Notes: generated by a model from the sequence alone, not told the origin. Positions 36,198 to 46,457 are shown, counted from the stretch's first letter. The stretch: 64,000 nucleotides of DNA from Chloroflexota bacterium (GCA_026004015.1 BPIH01000007.1:4229-68228); one strand, 5' to 3'. Numbers and translations are program-made.

Positions 36198-36339
36198 TGG
36201 GTTACCGGCCGTGTGGTGACGGCGGGCGGCGTGGGTGGCGGACCATGCAGGGTGGCGGATCGCCGTCGCTCGTCGACCCATCGACGCCTCCCAGGCGGCG
36301 AAGTCAGACCGAACCGAAGCCGTCCTATACTCGCCGACG

Positions 36340-36379
36340 CCGGTGACAGCGCTGCGCTCACACGTTCCACTGTCACCGG
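36340..36379. repeat. 10-bp perfect inverted repeat CCGGTGACAG-N20-CTGTCACCGG between ggt and the zinc-ribbon gene
   Basis: Arms at 36340-36349 and 36370-36379. Confidence 0.7.
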
Positions 36380-36467
36380 CATCGATCGCTCGCGGGAGCG
36401 CATCCGAACCGAGCCCCTCGACCCGCCACGCTCCCGCCGAGGACGCCGCGCATGCCGGAGGATCAGG

Positions 36468-36740
36468 GTGACCTCGAACATCGGTCAGAACTACCCGTAC
36501 ACCTCGGAGACCGAGGCCGAGCGCCGCCGGACCATCGAGCGGCTCGTCGCCGAACGGAGCGACCTCGGGCCCGCGCTCGCCGAACGGACGACCCCCCTCG
36601 ACGACAACGAGCGCTGGTGGGTCTGGAAGTGCCCGACAACCGGCTGCCCGGGACGCCTCCACGTCGCTGGCTACGCCCGCGATGCCCACGCCCTCGTCGT
36701 CGTCTGCGACGGGAGCTGTGGCCGGATCTTCCTCCGCTGA
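36468..36740 (+). CDS. small zinc-ribbon-like protein (90 aa), hypothetical
   Basis: GTG 36468 with GGAGG 6 nt upstream. ..WKCPTTGCPGRLHV..VVCDGSCGRIF gives four Cys in a CxxxxC..CxxxC arrangement. Confidence 0.5.
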   Translation: MTSNIGQNYPYTSETEAERRRTIERLVAERSDLGPALAERTTPLDDNERWWVWKCPTTGCPGRLHVAGYARDAHALVVVCDGSCGRIFLR

Positions 36741-36781
36741 GGGGAGGAGCCGACGAACCCCCGGGGCCACGACCCGCTCAG

Positions 36782-37906
36782 TCAGTCGAAGAGCTCGGCG
36801 AAGATCGCCGCCCAGAGCATGCCCTCGTCGGCGACGAAGAGGCCGAGGCGACCCCGGTAGGGGCGGAGCGCCCCGGCCTCCGCGGCGAAGACCTCCCAGA
36901 GGGTGCCATCGGCCTCGATCCGACGTCGGTAGGCGGCCAGGAACGGCGCCGCCGCAGCCGGTTCGGCACGTCGGAGGAGGACGAGATACATCGCCCCGAG
37001 GGAGGTCCAGATCGCCGTCCCCTGGTAGTCGGGCACGAACCAGCCCTGGACCGGGTCCTCGGTCCGCGGGTCCCGGCGGGCCGCGTAGCGGAGCGGGAGC
37101 GGGTCGGCGAGGCCAGCCCGCTCGGCGGCCGCGAGGGCGGCCCGGAGGCCGAGGTCGTCGGGGACGACCCCGAAGAAGAAGGGCACGACCGTCGCGTCGC
37201 CCGTCACCTCGTCGCCGTCGGCTCGGTCGACGAAGCGATCGCCCCGCCAGAAGCGGTCGACGAAGCGCTCGGTCGCGCCCGCCGGGACGGGCGAGGTGAA
37301 CCAGCCGGTCGAGCGGAGGATCCGGTCGAGGAGCACGAGCATCGCGTTGGCGTAGGCGTTCGACCGCGTCCGGACCGTGTCCCGATGGGTGGAGAAGCAG
37401 CGGTCGTCGCGGACGAGGCCGGTTCTGGGGTCGACGACAATCCGCCCGAACCGCTCGACCTCCCGCGCCAGCAAGCCAGCGTGCCGGGCGACGAGGTCCT
37501 CGGCGCCGGCGACCTGGAGGCCGTGGAGGAGGAGCGGCAGCGAGTCGACGCCGTAGGTCCAGACGTCCCGGGCCCGCCGGCCCGGGAAGACGGTCGTCGT
37601 CACCCGGCCGGCCCGGGCGAAGGCATCGAGGAGCCAGGCGAGGGCGGCGACGAGCCGCTCCCGCTCCCCGATCCGCACGAGGGAGGCTGCCGCGAAGCCG
37701 AGGTCGCGGGTCCAGGCCTGGCGGAAGTGGCCGGCCGAGGCGGCGAAGACCTCTCCCGTCCAGCAGGCGTCGACGATGGCCCGACAGATGGCCGCCGCCT
37801 CATCCCCGAACCGCCGGGGCCCGAGGAGCCGGCGGCGAAGGATTCGAAGGGCGCTCGACGCGTAGGCCGGCCAGAGGGCCGGGTCGAGCTGGGCGGCGAG
37901 GCTCAC
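36782..37906 (-). CDS. (alpha/alpha)6-barrel glycoside-hydrolase-like protein (GDE_C / amylo-alpha-1,6-glucosidase-like by motif only)
   Basis: Tail of ORF 36782..38632 from GTG 37904-37906, which overlaps the M20 stop (GTGA). ..FRQAWTRDLGFAAASL.. and ..QGTAIWTSLGAMYL.. Confidence 0.55.
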   Translation of the reverse strand: MSLAAQLDPALWPAYASSALRILRRRLLGPRRFGDEAAAICRAIVDACWTGEVFAASAGHFRQAWTRDLGFAAASLVRIGERERLVAALAWLLDAFARAGRVTTTVFPGRRARDVWTYGVDSLPLLLHGLQVAGAEDLVARHAGLLAREVERFGRIVVDPRTGLVRDDRCFSTHRDTVRTRSNAYANAMLVLLDRILRSTGWFTSPVPAGATERFVDRFWRGDRFVDRADGDEVTGDATVVPFFFGVVPDDLGLRAALAAAERAGLADPLPLRYAARRDPRTEDPVQGWFVPDYQGTAIWTSLGAMYLVLLRRAEPAAAAPFLAAYRRRIEADGTLWEVFAAEAGALRPYRGRLGLFVADEGMLWAAIFAELFD

Positions 37907-39195
37907 CCGGGCCGGTTCGTCCGAGGCGGGCCCTCGCCGCTGCGGGCGTCGCCAACCGCGGCCCGCCAGCGGGCCACGGTCGGGTCGCGAGCCAGGGCGA
38001 GGACGAGGGCGGCGAGGAGCGTCGTCCGGGGGGCGACGGAATCGACCTCGAGGTACTCCTCGGGGCTGTGGTCGCCGCCGCCGATGGGCCCGAGGCCGTC
38101 GAGGGTCGGCAGCCCGAGCCCGGCCGTCGTGTTCCCGTCCGAGGCGCCGCCCGTCGCTGCGTCGCGGAGGGGGAAGCCGAGCCGGCGGGCGAGGCCGGCC
38201 GCCGTTCGGACGAGGTGATCCGTCGCCGCCAGGCGCTCCATCGGCCAGTGCCGGGCGAGCTCCGTCACCGTCGCCTCGACGTCGGGCACGATGGGGGCCG
38301 CGGCGAGGCGTCGGATCTCGGCCTCGGCCGCCACGAGGGACGCCCGGTCCGCGGCCCGGACGTCGACCTCCAGCCGGGCCCGTTCGGGGACGACGTTCGG
38401 CCGCGTCCCGCCCTCGATGACGCCGACGTTCACCGTTACCCCCGGCCAGCGGCCCGAGAGGCCGTGGAGGGAGACGACGAGCCCGGCCGCGGCGAGGACG
38501 GCGCTGCGGCCCTTCTCGGGCTCGACCCCGGCGTGGGCGGCCCGGCCCCGGAGGTCGATCCGGAGGTGGAGGTTCCCCTTGCGGGCGCTCACGATGTCGC
38601 CGTTCGCTCGGGCGCACTCGAGGACGAGGCACACGGCATGCTCGGCGGCGAGACGGGCGATGATCGGCGTCGAGGCCGGCGAGCCCACCTCCTCGTCGGG
38701 GTTGGCGACGACGGTGACCGGGAGCGGCCAGGTCGGCGACCCGTGCTCGCCGAGGGCACGGAGGGCGGCGAGAGCGGCGAGCCCGGCCAGGAGCCCGCCC
38801 TTGTCGTCGGCGACACCGGGGCCCAGGGCCCGGCCGTGACGGATCTCGAAAGGTCGATGGGCGGCCGTACCGGCCGGGTAGACGGTGTCGAGATGGCCGA
38901 CGAGGAGGATCGGGGCCTCCCCCGCCTGTCGGGCCGGCCCGCCGAAGCGGCCCACCACGGTCGGGCCGTGGACGGGGTCGCGCTCGATCTCGACCCTCGC
39001 CCCGAGGGCCCGGAGCCGCTCGACGACACGGACGGCGACCTGCTCGAGACCGGCCAGGTCGCCCGACCCCGAATCGATGGCGACGAGGGCCGCCAGCTCG
39101 TCGAGGTACACGGGCAGGCCGGCCGTCACGGTCGCTCGGAGGCAGTCGAGCTCGTCGGGGGTCACGAGGGTCGAGGGATCGAGGTCGGACGGCAT
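37903..39195 (-). CDS. M20-family metallopeptidase (glutamate carboxypeptidase-like)
   Basis: MPSDLDPS.. with ..LLVGHLDTVYP.., ..GPGVADDKGG.., ..NPDEEVGS.. and ..GGDHSPEEY.. Confidence 0.88.
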   Translation of the reverse strand: MPSDLDPSTLVTPDELDCLRATVTAGLPVYLDELAALVAIDSGSGDLAGLEQVAVRVVERLRALGARVEIERDPVHGPTVVGRFGGPARQAGEAPILLVGHLDTVYPAGTAAHRPFEIRHGRALGPGVADDKGGLLAGLAALAALRALGEHGSPTWPLPVTVVANPDEEVGSPASTPIIARLAAEHAVCLVLECARANGDIVSARKGNLHLRIDLRGRAAHAGVEPEKGRSAVLAAAGLVVSLHGLSGRWPGVTVNVGVIEGGTRPNVVPERARLEVDVRAADRASLVAAEAEIRRLAAAPIVPDVEATVTELARHWPMERLAATDHLVRTAAGLARRLGFPLRDAATGGASDGNTTAGLGLPTLDGLGPIGGGDHSPEEYLEVDSVAPRTTLLAALVLALARDPTVARWRAAVGDARSGEGPPRTNRPG

Positions 39196-39324
39196 CGAGG
39201 GACAGTCTAGGCGCCGGCGCTCCCGGGCGAGCCCACCGCGTCTCGGCAAGCCCACCGCTTCCGGTGGAGCCGTGGCCTCCCGGGCTTCGCCCGCAGGCGG
39301 CGACGGTGCGACAATCGGACGACG

Positions 39325-40314
39325 ATGAGCGACCGCTTCGCAGCTCGCCTCCGGGGCGTCGAGCGCTTCGTCGACCGGCCGACGCAGCGCCGGGCGAGCG
39401 TCCTCCGTCGGGCGCTCCGACGCGAGGTGTCGCGCCTCCGGGATCCCCGTCGGCGGGCAGCCGTCGTCATCCTCGCCGTCGTCTTCGGCCTCGGCGTGGC
39501 CGGGCTCGTCGCCCGGGGCGAGGCGGCGGGCGCCGACGCCCGGGCCTACTGGGCGGCGGTCCGGATCTGGCTGGGTGGGGGCAACCCGTACCACCCGACC
39601 GGCCCCTTCCTCCCGTACGTCTACCCGCCCTGGATGCTCCCCTTCTTCGCCCCGTGGGCCCTTCTGCCCTGGGACGTCGCCTGGTTCGTCTGGCGGGTCG
39701 GCTCCTTCCTTCTTCTCTTCTGGACCATCGACTGGGCCTATCGCCGCCGACCCCTCGAGACGGCCGTCGTCGTCGCCCTCCTCGCCTTCCCCCTGGCCGC
39801 CAACCTCGACACCGGGAACGTCAACCTCCACCTCGCCCTCATGCTCTGGGCGGCCCAGTTCAGCGGCCCTCGGCTCGCCGGGGCTCTCTGGGCGCTGGCG
39901 ACCTGGATGAAGTGGGTCCCGGCGCCGTTCATCGTCCTCCTCGCCCCGCGGGCCCGGGCCTGGGGGCTGCTCTGGCTCGCCATCGCCGCCTCGCTCAGCC
40001 TCCTCACCCTCCCGCTCACCATCGTCCAGCTCCAGGCCCTCTTCGGGTTCGGTCCCCGGCCGCTCCGGCTCGACTACCTCGTCCTCCTCTGGGCCGCCGT
40101 CCCCTGGCTGTGGCGGCACCCGAACCCGCTCTGGTGGATCCAAGGCGACGGCCGCCGGCGCCTCCGGGCCGAGCTCGCGGCGCGGCTGGCGGCCGTTCTC
40201 GCGGCTGCCCGGCGGGACGACGAGCCGCTTGGCCTCCGGCTCGGGCGGGCTGGGCGGGCCATCCTCGACCGGGCCCGGGCCTTCCTCGGTCTCGCCGGCG
40301 ACCCGGCGGACTGA
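39325..40314 (+). CDS. GT87/DUF2029-type polyprenol-dependent glycosyltransferase-like membrane protein
   Basis: 329-aa ORF. ..ADARAYWAAV..NPYHPTGPFLPYVYPPWMLPFFAPWALLP.. plus multiple TM segments. Confidence 0.68.
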   Translation: MSDRFAARLRGVERFVDRPTQRRASVLRRALRREVSRLRDPRRRAAVVILAVVFGLGVAGLVARGEAAGADARAYWAAVRIWLGGGNPYHPTGPFLPYVYPPWMLPFFAPWALLPWDVAWFVWRVGSFLLLFWTIDWAYRRRPLETAVVVALLAFPLAANLDTGNVNLHLALMLWAAQFSGPRLAGALWALATWMKWVPAPFIVLLAPRARAWGLLWLAIAASLSLLTLPLTIVQLQALFGFGPRPLRLDYLVLLWAAVPWLWRHPNPLWWIQGDGRRRLRAELAARLAAVLAAARRDDEPLGLRLGRAGRAILDRARAFLGLAGDPAD

Positions 40315-40397
40315 GGGACCTCCGGGGCGTCGGCGACAGCCGAGCGGAGTCGTCGACGGGCCGCCGACGGGCCGGGCATGTCAGCGGTCCCGGGGCG

Positions 40398-40697
40398 TCA
40401 GCGCTTCCGGATCGTCGCCTCGTACTCCGGGAAGTAGCGGCCGATGACGGAGAGCTCGAAGGTGCGCAGGATCGACTCCTTCGGCTCGCGCTCGAGGAGG
40501 AAGACGAAGGACCGTCGGACGAGGTCCGTCGGGTCGCCGCTCCGGGGATCGAGGCGTTCGAGATCGGCCTGGGTGACCCGGACCCGGTGCTCGGTCCGGG
40601 AGCTCGCCTCCCGGACGATGACCCGGCAGAGCCAGTCGCCGCCCGGCTGGGGCTGGGTCGTGACCTCGATGGTCGGGGCCCGCTCGTTCGTCGTCAT
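40398..40697 (-). CDS. hypothetical protein (99 aa), translationally coupled to nei
   Basis: MTTNERAPTIEVTTQPQPGGDWLCRVIVRE.. The ATG overlaps the nei stop (ATGA at 40694-40697). Confidence 0.6.
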   Translation of the reverse strand: MTTNERAPTIEVTTQPQPGGDWLCRVIVREASSRTEHRVRVTQADLERLDPRSGDPTDLVRRSFVFLLEREPKESILRTFELSVIGRYFPEYEATIRKR

Positions 40698-41572
40698 CTC
40701 GGAGCGTCGATCGTACCGTCCACCGGGCTCGGACGCGGTTCCGCCGCCTGGCAGCGCGGGCACCAGTACGTCCGCCGCGGCGGCTGCCCGTGGCTCCGGG
40801 CCGCGATCGCCGTCCCGCACCGCCGGCACGGCCGCCCTGCTCGCCGATAGACCCAGAGCGATCCGCCGGCCCTAGTGGTCCCCTCCGCCGCGAGGACCCC
40901 GGCCGGCCCGTCCGTCGTCCGCCGCCGGACCGAGCCATCGGGACGCGCGTTGGCGACGAGGAGCCGGCGGGCCGTCTCGACGAGCTCCCGGAGCGTCGGC
41001 TCCGGGAGCAAACCGACCGCCGCGAAGGGATCGAGCCGGGCGACGAAGAGGACCTCACTCTTGTAGACGTTGCCGATCCCGGCCACGATCCGCTGGTCGA
41101 GGAGGGCCTCGGCGATCGGGCGATCGGCGAGTGCAGGAGCCCGGAAGCGGGCAGCAGCCGCCGCCGTGTCCAGGCCCGGTGCGAGGAGGTCCGGCCCCAG
41201 CCCGGCGAGGCCCGGGTGGACTCCTTCGGCCCGGGTCTCGAAGAGCTCGACGGTGGGCGCGTCGAAGCAGACGGCGACGGAGCCCGGGACCTCGAGGACG
41301 AGGTTCGCCCGCCAGGGCGGCCGGCGCCACGCCTCGCCGGGTCGGTAGCGGTGCCAGGCGCCCCGCATCCGCAGATGGGTCCGCAGGGTGCGGCCGTCGT
41401 CGAAGCGGACGAGGAGGTTCTTGCCAACCGCCTCGACCGCGGTCACCGTCGTCCCGACGAGGACGCCGACGGCCGGTCCCGGCTGGCGGGCGCGGACCGC
41501 CAGGACCGGGCGACCGACGAGGAACGGCCGCAGCCCGGCCGCCGTTCGGTGGAGGGTGTCCCCTTCGGGCAT
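40694..41572 (-). CDS. nei: Fpg/Nei-family DNA glycosylase (endonuclease VIII-like)
   Basis: MPEGDTLHRTA.. (N-terminal PEG catalytic motif), ..LLDQRIVAGIGNVYKSEVLF.. (H2TH) and the C-terminal zinc finger CRRCG..YWCPRCQ. Confidence 0.88.
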   Translation of the reverse strand: MPEGDTLHRTAAGLRPFLVGRPVLAVRARQPGPAVGVLVGTTVTAVEAVGKNLLVRFDDGRTLRTHLRMRGAWHRYRPGEAWRRPPWRANLVLEVPGSVAVCFDAPTVELFETRAEGVHPGLAGLGPDLLAPGLDTAAAAARFRAPALADRPIAEALLDQRIVAGIGNVYKSEVLFVARLDPFAAVGLLPEPTLRELVETARRLLVANARPDGSVRRRTTDGPAGVLAAEGTTRAGGSLWVYRRAGRPCRRCGTAIAARSHGQPPRRTYWCPRCQAAEPRPSPVDGTIDAPR

Positions 41573-41612
41573 CCTCGGCTCGTGCCCGCTCCCGACCCGC
41601 GGCGCCCGCCCG

Positions 41613-44600
41613 TCAGGCCGTCCGGGCCCGGGCCTCGCGGCGGACGAGGCCGCGGTAGCCGCGGACGAAGCCGGCGGCGAGGAGGCGATCGCGCCAGGGC
41701 GACGCCGCCACCGGCTCCCCGTCGACCCGCTCGACGACGAGCTCGCGGTAGCGTCCGTCCTCGACGAGGACGCCGAGGGCCTCGAGGGCGAGGGCGGCGA
41801 CCGGCGGCTCGTCGGCGGCCGGCAGAGTGAAGAGGGAGGCCCCGCCCCGCTCGAGATAGAGGACGGGCTCCCCGTCCACGAGGACGACGTAGGCGCCGGC
41901 GACCCGGGCCGGGCCCCGCCCGGTCGGCTCCGCTTCCCGCCGCGGCCAGGGCAGGAGGCTCCCGTACGGATTCGCCGGGTCGGTGGCCGCGATGAGGTGG
42001 ACCGCACGATCGGCGGCCGTCGATCGGAGGCTCCGGAGCCGATCGACGACGGTCCTCGGGGCGAACTGGGCGCCGCCGAGCCCCTCGACGAAGTAGCCGC
42101 GCTGGACTTGTCCGGCCTCCTCCATGGCCCGCAGGACGCCGTAGACGGCCCCGAACCCGCCGACCGGCCCGTCGCCCACGAGGCTCGCCCGCCCCACGAC
42201 GCCGTAGCGGTCGAGGAGCTGGACGCTCCAGGCGTGGGCGACCGTCGTGGCGCGACGACTCGAGGGGGCGGGGAGTGTCGCGGCCGGTGGCCTGGCCGGT
42301 CGCTCGTCGGCTCCACCGCCCGTGGCCACCGTCGCCAGGGACCAGCGGCCGGCCGCCTCCGGGGGTCCGAGCCGCGCCAGCCGGCCGGCCGCCGGCGGCC
42401 GACGGGGGCTCGGCCGCTTCCAGCGGAGGGCACGGAGCGGGGCGAAGGTGTCGTTCGTCACTTCGCCCGCCCAGACGAGGTCCCAGAGGGCGTCGAGGAG
42501 CTCGCGTTCGGAGCGTCCGCTCGAGCGCCCACCCACGCCAACGAGGGCGCCCGCCAGGACCCGGAAGAAGGACGCGCCGTGCCGAGCGAGGTACTCGCGG
42601 ACGGCGTCGTGGAGGGGCCCCGAGGGGCGCTCGTCCGGTGGGAGCGGCGGCGGGGCGAGGGCTTCCCGGCCCGGTCGAAGGAGGACGATCCGGCCGTCGT
42701 CGCGCCCTCCGAGGGAGCCCGCCCCCACCCAGCCGACCTCGCCGAGGGTCCCGAGCTCGTCGAGGAGGCGAGGTGCGTAGCCGGGCACCCGGGCCGGGAG
42801 GACGTCGCGCTCGAGGACCGAGGCCGGGATCGGAATCCCGGCGAGCTGATCGAGGACGGCGACGAGACGGTCGAGGGCGGCCGTCGGTGACGACCCTCCG
42901 ACGGCCGGGCGGTTCCCCGGCGGCTCCCCGGCAGGGACGCTCCGCGTCGGTCCTTCGTCGAGCTGGCCCACGGCTCCCACCCCCTGCCAGGCGAGGAGGA
43001 AGCGGGCGTACGTCGCCGCGTCGACGGGTTCGACCTCCCGGCGGAGGCGGGCCACGGATCGCCGACGGAGGGTCCGGAGGACGCCCGGGTCGCACCACTC
43101 GATGGCGGCTCCGCCCGGCCGGAAGGCGCCCCGGACGACGGCTCCTCGCGCCGCCAGCCGCTCGAGGGCGGCCGTGACCGTCCCCTCGGCGAGCGCCCAG
43201 CGGAGTGCCGGGTCCCGGGCGAGGAAGGGGCCGTGGGTCCGGGCCCAGCGGACGAGGAGCGATTCGAGGGGCGACTCGTCCGGCGCAGGACCGACAGTCG
43301 GCTCCGGCGTCCCCGGTGGCGGCGCCACGCCGAGGGCGTCTCGGTAGCGAGCGACGTCGTCGAGGGCGACGAAGCGCTCCTCCCCGGCGATCCGGAGCCG
43401 GACGACCCGGCGCTGCGCTTCGAGCTCGGCCAGCCAGCCCGCCACGGTCGCCGGTTCGGCAACCGCCCGGGCGGCGAGCTCGTCCGATCGGAGGTCGCCG
43501 AGGCGGCGGAGAAGATCGGCGAGATCATCGGCCGAGCGGGCCCGCCGCTCCGGAGCGAGGGCCTGGAGCTCGAGCTCGAGTTCGGCGACGGCGTCGGGGT
43601 CGAGGAGCTCGCGGAACTCGTCGGCCCCGAGGAGCTCGCGGAGGAGGTCGCGGTCGAGGCTCAGGGCCCCGGCCCGTCGCTCGGCGAGGGGCGCGTCCCC
43701 TTCGTACATGTAGAGGGCGACGTAGTCGAAGAGGAGGGAGCTGGCGAAGGGCGACGGTCGGGCCGTCTCGACCCGGTGGACCGCGATCTCCCGCCGCGCC
43801 ACCGCGGCGAGGATCTGGCGAAGCGCGCCGAGGTCGAAGACGTCGGCCAGGCATTCCCGGTACGTCTCGACGAGGATCGGGAAGCTCGGGTGTCGACGGG
43901 CGACGGCGAGGAGGTCGGCAGCTCGCTGGCGCTGCTGCCAGAGCGGGGTCCGGCTCCCGGGGCGGCGGCGGGGCAGGAGGAGAGCCCGGGCGGCGTTCTC
44001 CCGGAAGCGGGCGGCGAAGAGGGGGCTCGTTTCGAGGCCCTCGACGACGAGGGTTTCGATCTCGTCGGGATCGGGGAAGAGGAGCGCCTCGGCCTCGCCG
44101 GCATCGCCCTCGGGCAGCCGGAGGGCGATGCCGTCGTCGGACCAGATGGCGGCCACCTCCCCGCCGAGTCGCTCCCCGAGGCGGCGCTGGAGGGCGAGGG
44201 TCCAGGCCGCGTGGACCCGGCCGCCGAAGGGGCTGAGGACGACGAGGCGCCAGTCGCCGAGCTCGTCCCGGAAGCGCTCGACGACGATCCGCCGGTCCGT
44301 CGGCAGGGCGCCGCAGATCGCCCGCTCCTCCTCGAGGTAGGCGAGGAGGTTGTCGGCCGCCCGCTCGTCGAGACCGAGCTCGGTGAGGAGCCGCTCCCGG
44401 GCCGCCGCCCGGGCGGCCGACCCGCCGACGAAGGCACCTTCGAGCTCGCGGACGAAGGCCCCGATGGCCCGCCCGAGCTCGACCGGGCGGCCGAGGCCGT
44501 CGCCCTTCCAGAAGGGCAGCTTGCCCGGTTCGCCGGGGGCCGGACTGACGAGGACCCGGTCCGGGGTGATGTCCTCGATCCGCCACGCGGAGGCCCCGAG

Positions 44601-46376
44601 GGTGATGACCTCGCCGACCCGGCTTTCGTAGACCATCTCCTCGTCGAGCTCGCCGACCCGCCGACCCGGCCGGCCGGCCTCGCCGATCATGAAGACGCCA
44701 TAGAGACCCCGGTCGGGGATCGTGCCGCCCGAGGTGACGGCGACGGTCCGGGCGTCCCGGCGGCCCTCGATCGTTCCCGCCACCCGGTCCCAGACGATCC
44801 GCGGCCGAAGCTCGGCGAAGGCCTCGTCGGCGTACGCCCCGGCGAGCATGGCGAGGACGCCCTCGAAGGCGCTCCGCGAGAGCGTCTCGTAGGGCGCCGC
44901 CCGGGTCACGACCCGCCACAGCTCCTCGACGGACCAGCGGTCCATGACGGCCATGGCGACGATCTGCTGGGCAAGGACGTCGAGGGGGTTGCGGGGGATG
45001 GCCGTCGATTCGATCTCGCCCCGTCGCATCCGCTCGGCGACGACGGCCGCTTCGAGGAGGTCGCCCCGGAACTTCGGGACGATCCGGCCGCGGCTAGCCA
45101 GGCCGACCCGATGGCCGGCCCGCCCGACCCGCTGGAGCCCCGAGGCGACGGACGGCGGCGACTCGACGCAGACGACGCTGTCGACGGCGCCCATGTCGAT
45201 GCCGAGCTCGAGGCTGCTCGTGGCGACGAGGGCCGGCAGGCGCCCGGCCTTCAGCTCGTCCTCGATCGCCCGCCGCTCCTCGGGGGCGACGCTGCCGTGA
45301 TGGGCCCGGGCGATGGGCACCCCGGCCAGCTCGTTCAGCCGCCCGGCGAGGCGCTCGGCGAGGCGGCGACTGTTGACGAAGACGAGGGTGCTCCGGTGGG
45401 CGCGGATCTCGGCCAGCAGAGCCGGGTAGACGGCCGGCCAGATGCTCCGGCGTCCTTCGGTGCTGGCCAGGACCGCCGGGCCCCCGGGTCGCTCGTCGAG
45501 GGAGAGCGGTTCCCCGAGGCGGGCCATGTCGTCGACGGGGACGACGACGGAGAGGTCGAGGTTCGGTGGCGCGCCGGCGTCCACGATGGTCACCCCCCGA
45601 TCGGGCCCGACGCCGCCGAGGAAGCGGGCGATGGTCTCGAGGGGCCGCTGGGTCGCCGAGAGCCCGATCCGCTGGAAGCGGGCCGCTCCGGGTGGCCGGA
45701 GGGCCTCGAGGCGCTCGAGGCTGAGGGCGAGGTGGGCGCCTCGCTTCGTGCCGGCCAGGGCGTGGACCTCGTCGACGATGACGACCTCGACGCTCCGGAG
45801 GGCCTCCCGGGCGGCGCTCGTCAGGAGGAGGTAGAGGGATTCGGGGGTCGTGACGAGGATGTCGGGTGGATCGGTGGCCATCCGGCGGCGGTGGTCGGCC
45901 GGCGTGTCGCCGGTCCGCACGGCGACCCGGACCTCGCGGACCGGAGTCCCGAGCCGCTCCGCAGCTCGGGCGATGCCGACGAGGGGTGCCCGGAGGTTCC
46001 GCTCGATGTCGTAGGCGAGGGCCTTGAGGGGCGAGACGTAGAGGACGCGAACCCCGGAGGCGATCCCACGTCCCGCCCGTCGGCGCCGGGAGCCGGATGG
46101 TGGCCCGGCTGGCCCGGGTCCGGCCGGCTCGCCGCCCGGTCGCGGTCCGTCGGCGGCGGGCTCCGCGGTCAGCAGCCGGTCGAGGCAGAAGAGGAAGGCG
46201 GCGAGGGTCTTGCCGCTCCCCGTCGGAGCGTGGATGAGGGTGTGATCGCCCGAGGCGATGGCGGCCCAGCCGCCGATCTGAGCCGGGGTCGGCGCCTCGA
46301 AGGTGGAGCGGAACCAGGCGCGGACCGCGGGACTGAAGCGCTCGAGGGGATCGGTGGGGGCGGAGGGGGCGGCCAC
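41613..46376 (-). CDS. lhr: Lhr-type large ATP-dependent DEAD/DEAH helicase (1587 aa)
   Basis: Uninterrupted ORF. ..APTPAQIGGWAAIASGDHTLIHAPTGSGKTLAAF.., ..VIVDEVHAL.., ..VNSRRLAE.. and ..HHGSVAPEERR.. followed by the long Lhr C-terminal extension. Confidence 0.93.
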   Translation of the reverse strand: MAAPSAPTDPLERFSPAVRAWFRSTFEAPTPAQIGGWAAIASGDHTLIHAPTGSGKTLAAFLFCLDRLLTAEPAADGPRPGGEPAGPGPAGPPSGSRRRRAGRGIASGVRVLYVSPLKALAYDIERNLRAPLVGIARAAERLGTPVREVRVAVRTGDTPADHRRRMATDPPDILVTTPESLYLLLTSAAREALRSVEVVIVDEVHALAGTKRGAHLALSLERLEALRPPGAARFQRIGLSATQRPLETIARFLGGVGPDRGVTIVDAGAPPNLDLSVVVPVDDMARLGEPLSLDERPGGPAVLASTEGRRSIWPAVYPALLAEIRAHRSTLVFVNSRRLAERLAGRLNELAGVPIARAHHGSVAPEERRAIEDELKAGRLPALVATSSLELGIDMGAVDSVVCVESPPSVASGLQRVGRAGHRVGLASRGRIVPKFRGDLLEAAVVAERMRRGEIESTAIPRNPLDVLAQQIVAMAVMDRWSVEELWRVVTRAAPYETLSRSAFEGVLAMLAGAYADEAFAELRPRIVWDRVAGTIEGRRDARTVAVTSGGTIPDRGLYGVFMIGEAGRPGRRVGELDEEMVYESRVGEVITLGASAWRIEDITPDRVLVSPAPGEPGKLPFWKGDGLGRPVELGRAIGAFVRELEGAFVGGSAARAAARERLLTELGLDERAADNLLAYLEEERAICGALPTDRRIVVERFRDELGDWRLVVLSPFGGRVHAAWTLALQRRLGERLGGEVAAIWSDDGIALRLPEGDAGEAEALLFPDPDEIETLVVEGLETSPLFAARFRENAARALLLPRRRPGSRTPLWQQRQRAADLLAVARRHPSFPILVETYRECLADVFDLGALRQILAAVARREIAVHRVETARPSPFASSLLFDYVALYMYEGDAPLAERRAGALSLDRDLLRELLGADEFRELLDPDAVAELELELQALAPERRARSADDLADLLRRLGDLRSDELAARAVAEPATVAGWLAELEAQRRVVRLRIAGEERFVALDDVARYRDALGVAPPPGTPEPTVGPAPDESPLESLLVRWARTHGPFLARDPALRWALAEGTVTAALERLAARGAVVRGAFRPGGAAIEWCDPGVLRTLRRRSVARLRREVEPVDAATYARFLLAWQGVGAVGQLDEGPTRSVPAGEPPGNRPAVGGSSPTAALDRLVAVLDQLAGIPIPASVLERDVLPARVPGYAPRLLDELGTLGEVGWVGAGSLGGRDDGRIVLLRPGREALAPPPLPPDERPSGPLHDAVREYLARHGASFFRVLAGALVGVGGRSSGRSERELLDALWDLVWAGEVTNDTFAPLRALRWKRPSPRRPPAAGRLARLGPPEAAGRWSLATVATGGGADERPARPPAATLPAPSSRRATTVAHAWSVQLLDRYGVVGRASLVGDGPVGGFGAVYGVLRAMEEAGQVQRGYFVEGLGGAQFAPRTVVDRLRSLRSTAADRAVHLIAATDPANPYGSLLPWPRREAEPTGRGPARVAGAYVVLVDGEPVLYLERGGASLFTLPAADEPPVAALALEALGVLVEDGRYRELVVERVDGEPVAASPWRDRLLAAGFVRGYRGLVRREARARTA

Positions 46377-46427
46377 GGACGCCCCGAGTATAGGCGGGTC
46401 GGGAGGGGGCTCCGAGGAGCCGAAGAC

Positions 46428-46457
46428 GACGACCGGCCGGAGATCCGGCCGGTCGTC
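46428..46457 (-). terminator. perfect 13-bp GC-rich hairpin between the doxX stop and the lhr start (possible intrinsic terminator; no clear U-tract)
   Basis: GACGACCGGCCGG-agat-CCGGCCGGTCGTC, located 79 nt downstream of the doxX stop. Confidence 0.45.
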
